A DNA stretch of 55,616 nucleotides from Octopus bimaculoides (taxonomy: Eukaryota). A program made the translations under genes and the position numbers. The stretch covers positions 118,595,482 through 118,651,097 of the forward strand of contig NC_068981.1 in NCBI RefSeq assembly GCF_001194135.2, given 5' to 3'. Below the pieces are notes generated by a model. That model had not been told where the DNA came from. It was given only the letters and a program-made list of their open reading frames with translations, and searched no databases. Below are positions 23,538 to 35,955 of this stretch, piece by piece (the first letter of the stretch is position 1; each line of letters begins with the position of its first letter).

Positions 23538-24799
23538 AACACACAAAACACAGTGAGACTTGTAATCCAGGCGAAATACTTCTTAAGCTCTCTGCAGATA
23601 AAATAAACCAGGCTAACAAAGAAGTCTTGTGATCGGTATTGTACACCAGGTAATCCAAATCAAAGTCCATCACCAGTAAAATTCGTAAGTCCATAGCTGG
23701 TTCTATAACCCAGTTAAAATGGTATACTTTTATAGAGTAATGCATAGAATAGACAAAAACTAATGGGTTGTATACATTTATTTATTATAGACTTACAGCA
23801 GTTTTAGTCGTTTGTGTGCGTTTCTGGTTCAATATTATCAATCAATCGATTGATCAACTGAAACTATGGGGAACCACTAGCTCAAAGCTATCTTCTTCAG
23901 AGCCAAACAAACCAACTGCATACAGATAGATACTGAAATCTTTGTGATTAAGTAGTTAGTAAGTATCCCTTTATGCAAGTCCGAAACAATTTGAAATGGT
24001 ACGATTGTACATAAGGGCAGTTGACAAATGAGAGTCTTTATGGAAACTTCCTGCAATGTAACTTTAGATGTATCTGCGTAGCGACTCAAACTAGAACCTA
24101 ATTTTAAAGCTATCATTCAGCAAAGATTGATTGTAAACTGGTATTGTGCATATATCAACAGAGGTTTGGTTCAGTTATGTTGATTAATTCATGAATCAAA
24201 ATCCAGTCTGTTTTACAAAGACCTCAAATTTTGACTCTAAGATGGAACGCCACTTAATCACATGAAACTATCCATAAATGCCTTGGTATGTATTACCCAT
24301 GACACTTTTCTCTCCGACTGGTGAATCAAAGAAACATCTAAAATTAATATAAACACTGTAAAGCAGAGGCGACGACTCTGGTTGAAACCGATTCACTTCA
24401 AATATATAGTTAATATTTTCTGGAAAAGTATTAATATAATTGTATTCCATTTAGCTTACCCAATAAATCTGGAATGTAGTACCTTAGTAAAACGAAATTA
24501 CTACCAAATAGAAATGCTAAGTATACTGTGAATCATACATGAAGCATCACAACATACCGTTTCTCAATAATATTTATGGCATCTCTTAATCGTTGTCCAT
24601 TGAGTTTCATAGATATACCACTTCTTTCTTGGCATTAACTACATAAAAGGGAAACCATTAACTTACATTTGGACGCGGGGAAGGTTCTTCATCCTTTCTG
24701 AATGATATTGCAGAAAGAATATGAAAATATTCAATGTAACCCTTTCCTTCAGTAAAGATTTTCAATAAGCAAAAAGTAAGCGAGAAAAAACAGAGAGGG

Positions 24800-24832
24800 G
24801 AAAATGCTGCTACCACTGCTGATGTTGCTGCT

Positions 24833-24863
<31 letters not shown>

Positions 24864-24905
24864 ACGACGACGACGATGGAGGAGGAGGAGGACGGGAGGA
24901 GAAGA
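24800..24905 (+). repeat. Compound trinucleotide microsatellite (GCT)n(GAT)n(GAC)n(GGA)n
   Basis: Read directly. Confidence 0.9.
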
Positions 24906-25334
24906 TGAATGAGTATTGGGTTCGATATGCTTTAGCTTTAGGGTAAGCGATTCTTCCATGTCACATCAATGCATGAAGCACTAACTTTCACTATTATTTT
25001 TTACATATTTTGATCGTTAAGCTAGGGTTCAACTTAGAAAAGCAATCGTCTCATCAGTTAAAATCGCCAGCTCATAAATAATGCATCAAAATTCCGATAT
25101 AAACTGAATAAGTTATTACCGATCAACAATTTCTGCGTATAAATGAGATGAAAATGATAAATTATTAGATTTTCAGAAAAGACCTTTCATTAAAAACTCG
25201 TGGGACTCAAACACCATGATAGCATATTTTTGATAACCTTCCATTGGGATGTTTACTAAGGCAAATTTACTGTGCATCGAGGGAAATTTTCTGTCTTTTT
25301 ACCAAGCTACAGTATCTCCATTATGTTGGAAGCG

Positions 25335-25478
25335 TTATTGCTTTCCAGCCACATGATTCCGAGTTCAGTCCCCAGGTGTGACACCTTGGGCAAGTAAGTG
25401 TCTTCTACTATAGATCGGGTTGACCAAAGCCTTGTGAGTGGATTTGGTAAACAAAAACTGAATGAACCCTGTCATATA
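25335..25478 (+). mobile_element. SINE family A, 5' half, interrupted at its TA-rich linker
   Basis: ccacatgattccgagttcagtccc..caccttgggcaag..ccaaagccttgtgagtggatttgg. Confidence 0.8.
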
Positions 25479-25480
25479 TA

Positions 25481-26145
25481 CAGTAATCACTCACCATATC
25501 GCGGTTCGCCTATTGTGCCCTCAGTACATCGCTGATTTTTCTGGCTAATATATGTAAATTTATATCGTGGACTCCTCAGTATATCGCGGGTTTCTTCGGC
25601 CGATAGTTATCTTTTTTTTTTTTGTTGTTTAGATATTAATTATTTCTGTGGTAAAATAAGTATTTTCACGCCTAAAATTAATAAATTAACAAATAAAAAT
25701 ACAGTACAGTACTCCACTATATAACAGTAATTAAAATATATTAAAAGAAAATACGTAGTGTACCGTAGATGAGTAAACAAATAATTGCACATACTGTATG
25801 GAAAACAAAACGCAGGAGGTGAGTGTGTGGTGTTGGTTTGAATTTGTGTGTCAAATTGTGAATTTATTTCAACCCCTACGATTTTGCTCAAACGTTCTGC
25901 GCCTTCCAAGGCTTCTGGTATTGAACCCAAGCGCCAAAGGAGAGGAAGATGTTAACTATAGAAGAAGAAGAAGAAGAAGAAGAAGAATCCAGGGAAAAAA
26001 GAAGTCGGCCTATCACTAGGATACCTCTCAACTCTAACTAAAATGGCAAAAGAACTTCAGAGAATGGTGGAAGATAGGGAGCCCCTGATGATTCATGCGT
26101 TGCAATTCAGAAATGCAATCGACAGAGCCATGGAAATTTAGAGTA
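25481..26145 (+). mobile_element. Internally deleted pogo/Tigger-like transposon
   Basis: TA|CAGTAATCACTCACCATATCGCGG left end. The N-terminal SKASGIEPKRQR-KMLTIEE is joined through (GAA)n to the C-terminal-like GLSLGYLSTLTKMAKELQRMVEDREPLMIHALQFRNAID. No right TIR was found. Confidence 0.7.
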
Positions 26146-28389
26146 TTGATCGATGTGACTTGGATAGTGTATCGATGAGACTATTGGATATTGACTTCTA
26201 CCGCTGGTCACAATACGCCCAATATGTAACTGCCTTGTCAAAACATCCTTTTACTAAATTAGATAAACAAATCCGGCTTAGGTCATAATAGTATTTACAT
26301 GAGTACTCTTTTAATGAAATATAGGTTTCGGTTCGGAATTGAAACCCCATCAGCGACCTCACTCTGCTGGTCAGAAAATAACACTTATCTACTGCAGTCA
26401 AAGTGATTCAACTGAAATGTCCTAAATTAACCTTCATGTTTTACTTGAGGAACGTTGTGACATCAACTGGATAAGAATATTGTAACACATATCATTTCTT
26501 AATGTAAAACAATTTCAAGTTAAAACTGAAAAAGAAACACAGACTTTGTTAACAGATTTGTGTCATTATCACTGAGAACTTTAACGAATCGATATAGCTG
26601 AATTCTCTTGGCAAATTTATATCTTAAAATACGAAAATATAGTCTTCATACTGATAAGACACCGACTTTCGGGACACTAAGGAACCAGAACCTCTTGTAA
26701 TCCACAGTATTTTACGAGCAAGAACCTCAAATTCTCGTGGCCTGTAAACTAGGTCACTGAATGACCATGATTCACAGTCTCTTGTACAGTACAGTATCGA
26801 TAAACTTGGATCATTTATACTAATGTATTAATGTACCTGTATTTCATTTAATTATTTAAGTAAATTTAGTATTTAATTTAGAGATGTCACCCTTGGTTCG
26901 TAAAATAATCAGTTATCCGGAAAATCGATGTTGTACCCATTCATATTTTATTGAAATAAAGAGAATGTAAAATATGAAGGGAAAACAATATGCAACAACA
27001 AACAGTTGTGTTCTGCCTTAAATCTTCCTAACAAGGTTAATTCTGTTACAGTTTTAACAACAAATTACCGCAATGTCTTTATTTCCTTTGTACTATTGTT
27101 CATTCATTGATCCATTGATTTTTTATATGATGAATGTAATAAAACTATGCAAAATTTCTAATATTATACCGCGTGTACTCAGGGTCCAAACAAACTTTAA
27201 AATGTTATATTTATTCATCTATTTGCTTTGGGAAGCTAAATGAAGGCGAGAGAAACAGACCATTGTTAAAAATAACCAAATAATTATTCAAGGAAAGAAC
27301 AAAAGAAATAAACAGAAACAATCTAACAGTGAACAAATATAAAAGGCAATATAGCTGAGATTCTTTGTAGTGATAAATTGGGACATAAAGATATTTTTCC
27401 CCCATTTAGAACAATGAGTGCTAATTAGTTTACTGCTGTAATTATTGTGTTCCTCATACGAAACCTTTTACGATCAAAAATATTAATGCATGCATCATTC
27501 ATAGAAATATAAACTTATAAAAACATCATAACAGATGTTTCTTACAACTTCACACACACAGACACTCACACACATACAACTCATACAGATACTCATATAC
27601 AACAAACGCGCACACTCATAAATAGAGCTAGATTCAGTGATATGGTATTCAAACTAAAAACCTTACTATTTTTATCTCACTTATTTTCTGCAGTATTTAT
27701 AAACATCTGTATACTGTCTTTTACAGATAAGGCATTTGTTTTACAAAACGATGGGGATTTTTTTAGGTTTGACTTGTTATGATATTCTGTATATCTTATT
27801 TCAATTGACATGATATTCAAAAAGTATATGCCTGTGATAACTCCCTTGTGCAATTGAGTGATTGTGTGGCTTGCTGCAAATAAGCTTGCTGATGCTCAGA
27901 TTACTTTTCGACGAGCAAGAACCCACGGGAGGGGATGTACTGGGCATTGCTAACTAAAAAGCCTCTTGGCAATATTCCTGGGGCTGTTATGGTTTCAGTT
28001 ACAACGGCATAGTTGACAGAAGATGAACAGCTGGTTGTTCGATAATCTATCCTATACAACGATAAGCACTCATTCTCCACTCTCTCTTTACACACAATTA
28101 CAAACTCACACAACACACAAACACACACACATACACCAGTGAAGATGTTTGTTTTTTTTTATGTTCATATGTAAAAGCAATTCAACATCAAAGTGAAAAA
28201 TTATTTCACACTTCTAGTAGAGGACATACATACAGGTGTGTATGTATGTACGTACGTACGTATGTATGTATGTATGTATGTATGTATGTATGTATGTATG
28301 TATGTGTATATGTATATATATATATACATTGCCTCAACATGGCCACAGCCTCAGGGCTGAAACATAGAAAAGAATAACAGAATGTATGT

Positions 28390-28790
28390 ACGTGTGGATA
28401 GAAGTTTGCTTCCCGACCACATGGTTCAGCGTTAAGTCCCACTGCGTGGTACCTTCTACTATAGCATCGGGCCAACTAAAGTCTTGTGAGTGGATTCAGT
28501 AGAAACAGTGAGAAACCTGACGTATATACGAATATGCATGCGCGTGTGCATGTATGTGTGAGAGAGGATGAGAGAGAGAGAAAGAGGGAGTGTCTTTGTG
28601 TATATGTTTGTCTCCAAACACTGCTAGAATCCGACATTGATGTGTTCATAACCCCGTAACCTAGCGGTTCCGTAAAAGAGAACGATAGAATAAGTACGAA
28701 GCTTAAAAGAATAAGTACTGGGGTGGGTACATGCCATTAAAATTCCTTCAGCATGGTTACAGTGTAACGATTGAAACAAGTAAAAGATAA
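28390..28790 (+). mobile_element. SINE family A, near full length
   Basis: 5' and 3' halves are separated by a microsatellite linker, as in 50632-51033. Confidence 0.8.
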
Positions 28791-28914
28791 ACAATGAAAG
28801 ATATATATATCACGAGAACACATGATCAACCACACTATCAGGTATTGTTATAGGTCGCTAGCCCCAATGCATTTTGTATCGTTTTAACTTTCGAATGATG
28901 CTACTCCACTGGCT

Positions 28915-29077
28915 AGACGAACAGGTCAACATTTCCGTCTACCAAATGCACTCACAAGGGTTTGGTTGGCTCGAGGCTATAGTAGAAAACACTTACCCAA
29001 GGTGCCACATAGTGGGACTAAACCCGGAACCATGTGGTCGGGAAGCAAGCTTCTTACCATACAGCCACGTCTGCACC
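28915..29077 (-). mobile_element. SINE family A, 5' half
   Basis: tttccgtctaccaaat..ggctatagtagaaaacactt..cccggaaccatgtgg..cagccacgtctgcacct. Confidence 0.85.
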
Positions 29078-29927
29078 TATCTATCTATCTATCTATCTAT
29101 CTACCTACCTACCTACAACAGTGCAAAAAAAAGCGCATCGTGACCAACGCTAGATAACAACTTCCAGTAGTCAATACAGCGACAGTCATATTCCGCCGAT
29201 GTCGACTTTGCCTTTCATGTAATAGTTGAGTCTCGAGTGTGTCAATCATCTTAAAATATATATGAATACAGCATCGTTTCCGCTTGTTTATCAATATGTT
29301 TCCTGGTGACTAACCAACATGAATTAATATCTCATATATATACAGTATGATCCATGTTTTAAAACTGCGTGTCGTATTCAATGTCTTCATTTTCGTCCGT
29401 TGTAGAATTTAAAACAGTTAACATTGTCTTTTAACATTAGTTATCTCTGCGTGCTCACTGGTGTAGTAAATCAATGAGCGTGGGTTCTTCTGACGCTTAT
29501 GTTTCCTTGTTTCATTGATATTATACACACAGTTGTTCGTGACAAATAATTTCCTGTTTAATTAATGATCCTTATTAAAAATCATTGTTGCTTGTAGAAA
29601 TAATTGAATACGATGTGTACGACTTCAGACCATTTAGATATATTGTCGTTACATGTTTGGTAAGGCTCAAACTTAGGCAGTTATATTGTGGAGGAGCCAT
29701 TTTAGTTATTACTCAAGAACACAGAAAATGTTGCTGCTATATTCAATTTTAGTTTATTTCTTAATATTGCTATGTACTGCGAAGAGTCAAAAAGTTTCAT
29801 CACATTTCTACAACTTGGTTACTGACACAATTTCAATATTTAGCTCTGTTCTTCTATTTTCTGAGTTGTAATATCACTAGTATTGGCTTTACACTTCATT
29901 CTTACAAAATCAATGCATTAAGTACCA

Positions 29928-29969
<42 letters not shown>

Positions 29970-31325
29970 AATGTGTGCGAGTGCAACTGTGAGTGCGCGC
30001 GCATTTCCTGAAGAGGATGATTAGGTAGTTCTTAATTTCTTCATAAAAACCTCAGATTTACACAAGGCACCAAGCGCAGTGATCGGTTTGGTTTATGGAG
30101 TAAATTTTTTTCTAACATAACTAATGTGAGTGGATTCAGTAGAAACAGTGAGAAACCTGACGTATATACGAATATGCATGCGCGTGTGCATGTATGTGTG
30201 AGAGAGGGTGAGAGAGAGAGAAAGAGGGAGTGTCTTTGTGTATATGTTTGTCTCCAAACACTGNNNNNNNNNNNNNNNNNNNNNNNNNNNNNNNNNNNNN
30301 NNNNNNNNNNNNNNNNNNNNNNNNNNNNNNNNNNNNNNNNNNNNNNNNNNNNNNNNNNNNNNNNNNNNNNNNNNNNNNNNNNNNNNNNNNNNNNNNNNNN
30401 NNNNNNNNNNNNNNNNNNNNNNNNNNNNNNNNNNNNNNNNNNNNNNNNNNNNNNNNNNNNNNNNNNNNNNNNNNNNNNNNNNNNNNNNNNNNNNNNNNNN
30501 NNNNNNNNNNNNNNNNNNNNNNNNNNNNNNNNNNNNNNNNNNNNNNNNNNNNNNNNNNAGAGAGGGAGAGGGAGAGAGAGGGAGAGGGAGAGAGAGAGAT
30601 ACAGATTACCATATGCGTAATGCATCTAACAGCGGGTACGATTCCCTATAAGCCGCAGATGCTGTACTAATTGCTCACACTTTTCTGAAACGCCAAGACT
30701 TAATATTTTTTAATGTTTCTTCCTGCTTTAAATTGTAGAATACTTTAACTTAATATCGCTGTTGTTTATTTTAAAAGTAATTACATCTCCTTCTTCCTCT
30801 TCTTCTGTTAACTAATTGTCAATATTTGCCTAAGTAGCACATATGTTATGCCAACATTTTCTGCCCTTGCCGCAACAAGCTGTCATACTTACTTATTCAT
30901 GAATTATACATTGCAAGCTTCTTTTTACTAGAATCAGTTAATCTTGTCACATATGTAGTTTGTGTCTCGGATTTCTGTTTTGTTTCCGACTTGTTCATGA
31001 AATTTCCGTAAAAGTTATTACTTAATGTCAGTGTGGAGAATTTATGAGATTAGTAGAGCGGCGGACAAAGTTTGTGTTTCAGATTTTTACGTTTTGAGTT
31101 CAAATACCACGAAAGTACACTGTAACTTTTTATCCTTACGGCATCGTTAAAATAAAATATCAGTTAAGCACCGAAATTGATTTAACACTTAAACGGCAAA
31201 CATCAACTGATGCTCCAAAGATTTTTATAATGGATACGGCACTCATCAATTGATGCTCGAGAGGCTACTTCGTTTAATGCTCCTCAGCATAAGCGGACCG
31301 TATCGATGAGAGAAACCAAGTTGTA

Positions 31326-32639
31326 TTAGGTTGTCAAGAAAGTTCTTACGGTTTCTAACCTTTAAATTCAGATGCACATATCTCGGCTTAAACAAAACTT
31401 TATTAATCGAAATAAACACCATCAGAATCAACACACTTTTGCCAACGCGAAACAAGTTTATTTATGCCAGTAGCGCAAAAATCTTGCTTTCTAGTGGCGA
31501 TGAAGTCGCTGAAGGCGTGTTTGGCATCGCTTTGGTTTTTGAAGCATTTCTCACGCAGGAAATTGTCAAGATGCTTGAAAAAGTGGTAGTTGGTAGGCGA
31601 GAGGTCTGGTGGGTATGGCAGATGAAACAGAGTTTCGTAGCCCAATTCGTTCAACTTCTGCAGGGTCAGTTGTGCGACGTGCGGTCGAGCGTTGTCGTGG
31701 AGAAGAATTGGTCCTTTTCTATTGACCAATGATGGCTGTTGTCGGAGTTTCTTATACATTTCATCCATTTGCTGACAGTACCTCTCCGCCGTAATGGTTT
31801 CATCTGGATCCAAAAAGCTGTGATGGATGAGACCAGCTGAAGACCACCAAACAGTCACCATGACCTTCTTTTGGTGCAACTTTGGCTTCGGAAAGTGCCG
31901 TGAAGCTTCGTCGGTGTCCGACCACTGAGCTGGACGTCGCCGGTTGTGGTAAAGAATCCCAATCCGGTCGAGNNNNNNNNNNNNNNNNNNNNNNNNNNNN
32001 NNNNNNNNNNNNNNNNNNNNNNNNNNNNNNNNNNNNNNNNNNNNNNNNNNNNNNNNNNNNNNNNNGCATAAAAGAAGAGAAGACGGCACTTCAAACTTTT
32101 TTTGCTTGTCGTTCAATTCGTGCGGCACCCATTTCTCAAGTATTTTTGTTTTTTCAGTCTCTTTCAAGTGGTTGGAAATCATCGTATATGTTACGTCTGA
32201 TTCAGAAGCAACCTATCGAACAGTTGTGCGTAGATTGGCTTCGACTAAGTCTCTTACTTGATCCTTGTCAACATCCGATAGCCAACCACTACGCTTATCA
32301 TCTTCAAGACTCTCGTCACTGCTACGAAATTTCTTGAACCACCATTGTGCTGTCATTAGTGGTACCTGGGCCAAACGCATCGTTGATATCGCGAGCTGTT
32401 TCAGCACCTTTTCGGCCTAGCTTGAACTGGAATAAGAAAATTGTGCGAACTTGCTTTTTTTTGTTCCGGAAAAAATGGACTAACTATTCAAAATGAAAAA
32501 GAGTAACACAATTAGATAGAGCGAAAAACGGGCTTTAAAATGATATATAAAGTAATAGTAATTTAACGAAAATTAATTTGAATATACATCATTAAAAATC
32601 AAAATTAAAAATTCCGCAAGAACTTTCTTGACAACCTAA
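31326..32639 (-). mobile_element. mariner transposon (DD34D family)
   Basis: TA|TTAGGTTGTCAAGAAAGTTCTTACGG ... CCGCAAGAACTTTCTTGACAACCTAA|TA, 1314 bp. Confidence 0.95.
31403..32470 (-). pseudogene. Disrupted mariner transposase
   Basis: Contains WVPHEL, VMVTVWW, HDNARPH and YPPDLSPTNYHFF (third D changed to N at +34). There are frameshifts in the HTH region and a gap at 31973-32065. Confidence 0.9.
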
Positions 32640-33756
32640 TAAATGGAAGATTTATATAGCGATGAAGAAATTTTTTCTGACTTTCCTTCATCATAAGATG
32701 AGGCAGATGATGATTATACCACAGCTAGCACCGAAGAAAATGATTCTTTAACTAGCTCTCGATAGAAAAAATTCAGCGATTTTTCTCCATTTCTCCATTT
32801 CTACGACGCGGAAATCTCAAATGAATTTATGCTTTGCCAGATGCAAAGAAAAGTAATATTTTACGGTACTTTTTCATAAATATTATTGTGAGAGAGACTA
32901 ATAATTATAGTTTTGTACTAATTTAAAGTGAAAATATAAAAATTGCCTTTAAGAAAAAGGGTTTGTTTCTTTGTTTTTTGCCTGCTTGGCACACACATTG
33001 AGGCATCCCTTTCCCGCTGTCTAAGGGTTAATCAACTGTCCCTTCCTCCGTCTTAATACCTTGTGTTTATGCAAGAAATTATATAACTCTGAACGTGATG
33101 ACATTCCTCCAATTCGCTCAGATAATTTTAATCTATTCTTATAATAATGATTTTTTTTCTGAACAAACTGAACAATATAAGTTTGTTTCGACAATGCGAA
33201 TCATTTCGTTTTACAGTGAGTCATATTTCCTTGAACTAAAAGTTTAATACACAAAGTCTTATTTCGGAACCTACATGGAAGTCAAGAAACTATGTCAGTG
33301 TCCCTTAAAGGATTATCTCTATGTAGGTTAAGCCAATATTAAGTTTCAGAAGCTCCACTGCACATCCCGAGTTGTTTCACAACAATGACACACAAGCCAG
33401 TGAGAGCGCTTCTTGTGTGATCTGTCGACCAGCTAGTAATTATCTTCAAACTTTCTTCAAATAGTGTCATACAAGCGTTGGATAATGTAGTTAGTACCAT
33501 GCATAGTTAGTGTTATGCATAGTTAGTGCTATGCATACTATCTGAATAAGATATGAGGTACACACAGCTATCGATCTTAGGTTTGTTCATTTACGGATGA
33601 TGGGGTAAACAACAGCAACCACAACAACAATGGCAACAGTATGAGAAGCAATAGTACACAGACATGAATATTTTATTCCAAATAAGTCTTAAGTAATTGA
33701 CCTTATATTATTGACACACATGTACTATGATGCTTCCAATGGTATTTATTTCTTAT

Positions 33757-34150
33757 CTTTTAATTGTTTCAGTCATAAGACTGCGGCCACGCTGGGGCAC
33801 CGCATTTTTAGTCGTATGAATTAACCACAGTACTATTTTTTAAAGCCTGGTACTTATTCTATCTGTATCTTTTGTCGAACCGCAAAGTTACGGGGACGTA
33901 AACACACCAGCAGAGACGCAGAGACACATACACTCATACATACATACATACATACAAACATACATACATACATACAACTATGCATACATGCATACGACGG
34001 GTCTCTTTCAGTTTCCGTCTACCAAATCCACTCACAAGGCTTTGGTCGGCGCGGGGCTAAAGTAGAAGACAAGATGGTACACAGTGGGACAGAATCCAGA
34101 ATCATATGGTTGAAAAGTAAGCTTCTTACAACACAGTCACACCTGCGCCT
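33757..34150 (-). mobile_element. SINE family A, full length
   Basis: Reverse complement of 50632-51033, including the head (cacctgcgcct) and tail (tcttttaattgtttcagtca). Confidence 0.88.
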
Positions 34151-34276
34151 TTTACGACAATTTTTATTATTGTTTTATTTTATTTTAAACACTTCTCCTC
34201 GCCCCACCACACTTTTATTTTCCCCCGTCTGCAGCCGCTCGTTGTAAATATAGAGAGGAAAACAAATATACATTCA

Positions 34277-34836
34277 TAGGCTAAGGCATGGCTGTATGAA
34301 AAGAGCTTGCTTCCCAACTATATTGTTGCGAGTATAGTCTCACTGCNNNNNNNNNNNNNNNNNNNNNNNNNNNNNNNNNNNNNNNNNNNNNNNNNNNNNN
34401 NNNNNNNNNNNNNNNNNNNNNNNNNNNNNNNNNNNNNNNNNNNNNNNNNNNNNNNNNNNNNNNNNNNNNNNNNNNNNNNNNNNNNNNNNNNNNNNNNNNN
34501 NNNNNNNNNNNNNNNNNNNNNNNNNNNNNNNNNNNNNNNNNNNNNNNNNNNNNNNNNNNNNNNNNNNNNNNNNNNNNNNNNNNNNNNNNNNNNNNNNNNN
34601 NNNNNNNNNNNNNNNNNNNNNNNNNNNNNNNNNNNNNNNNNNNNNNATATACACGTAAACGTGTGTGTGTGTTTGTGCCCCACAACCGCTCGACAATCGG
34701 TGATGGTGTGTTTACGAACCCGTAACTTAGCTGCTCGGCTTAACGAAAAATAGTACTGGGGTTGAAACATACGACTAAAAGGTGGTGCTCCAGCATGGCC
34801 GCAGTCTAACAACTAAAACAAGTAAAAGATAAAAGA
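34277..34836 (+). mobile_element. SINE family A spanning an assembly gap
   Basis: The head ggcatggctgtatg..gcttgcttcccaac lies before the gap, and the tail ggtggtgctccagcatggccgcagtc..aaacaagtaaaagat after it. Confidence 0.8.
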
Positions 34837-34879
34837 TACATAATATACACATATATATACATGTACGTATAGGTGTGTA

Positions 34880-34914
<35 letters not shown>

Positions 34915-35721
34915 AAGCTAACACGCAACCGCCCACATTACCAGTACCAAATGCATTATCTCCAAGATCCAGCGAAAGAACCTGTGAGTGATCGCTTGAC
35001 CTATTAGAATAAGTCCACTCTCATAATCGCCACCATGTTGAAAAAGAAAAGGAAGGAATACATTAGGTGATGTAAGTCTAAAAATCCCTAAACAGACAGG
35101 ATGCTGGTTGTTGCAAAGTTTTTGATTACATGTCACCTGCTCATTACATTTGTCCTAGGATCATTATCAATTATTATTAACCTAAGATCATAAATCACAC
35201 CAACTCCATTATGAGTTGATATAACTTTTTACGTTGCACGTCGATGACGAAGTTTGCACGCAAGACAAATATCTACTAGAATATATACAATGATCAATAA
35301 ATGAAAAACGGTCATGCTGGAATTTTTTTGATCAGACAACTACTCGATCAATTTTTACTTGAGTTTCAACAGCAATAATAACAACAACGATATAACCTAC
35401 AAAAACCCTGCCATTATCCCTGCGGCCGAACATGAGATATTTTCATAAATCTCTCTCTTTAGATAAGGCGACGACAGTGACACAAACTGCATAGTGGTCA
35501 GAAGACAGCCGGGCTTGTGATTTAAACTTAGAACGAATAAGGCCATGTATTTCTTACTTGATATTATGGTTTTGCACCTGGGACGTTCTGCTTTAGTTTA
35601 TTTGGATAAGCGCAGTGAAATGATATGGGGTTTTATCCACGAGGTGCAGACCTAAGAGAGGTTATATGGAAGACAAAATATAACGCAGCAAGGACTATAT
35701 ATGTATGACTCGAGTCCTAAG

Positions 35722-35955
35722 ACTCATAGGCCCGGTTATCCAGTTTCTAAGGCGTATAAGTGACCAAGATCACAACATTCCCCCTGAATGGGATGCCAGT
35801 CCATCGCACGGTTACTTATTTACAGCTAGTGAAGGGAGCAACGTGATATGAACTGTTCTGCTCAAGAATATAACGGACCACCCGGTTCGAGAATCGAAAC
35901 CGTGATCTTGCGATTGTGACTACGATATCGTATCTACTGGGCCACGCATCTTCAT
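35722..35955 (-). mobile_element. tRNA-derived SINE (distinct body)
   Basis: Minus-strand tRNA head (gagaatcgaaaccgtgatcttgcg..ctactgggccacg) and body gggatgccagtccatcgca. Confidence 0.7.

Larger units (their letters stand above)
31186..33027 (+). mobile_element. Non-autonomous piggyBac-like shell containing a nested mariner
   Basis: TTAA|CACTTAAACGGC ... GCTGTCTAAGGG|TTAA (9/12 complementary). An acidic remnant MEDLYSDEEIFSDFPSS*DEADDD starts at ~32643. Confidence 0.5.

Noticed and set aside
30125-30263. 139-bp near-identical copy of 28485-28623
   Set aside because: It ends exactly at a gap edge with one mismatch, so it is probably an allelic or misplaced contig end.
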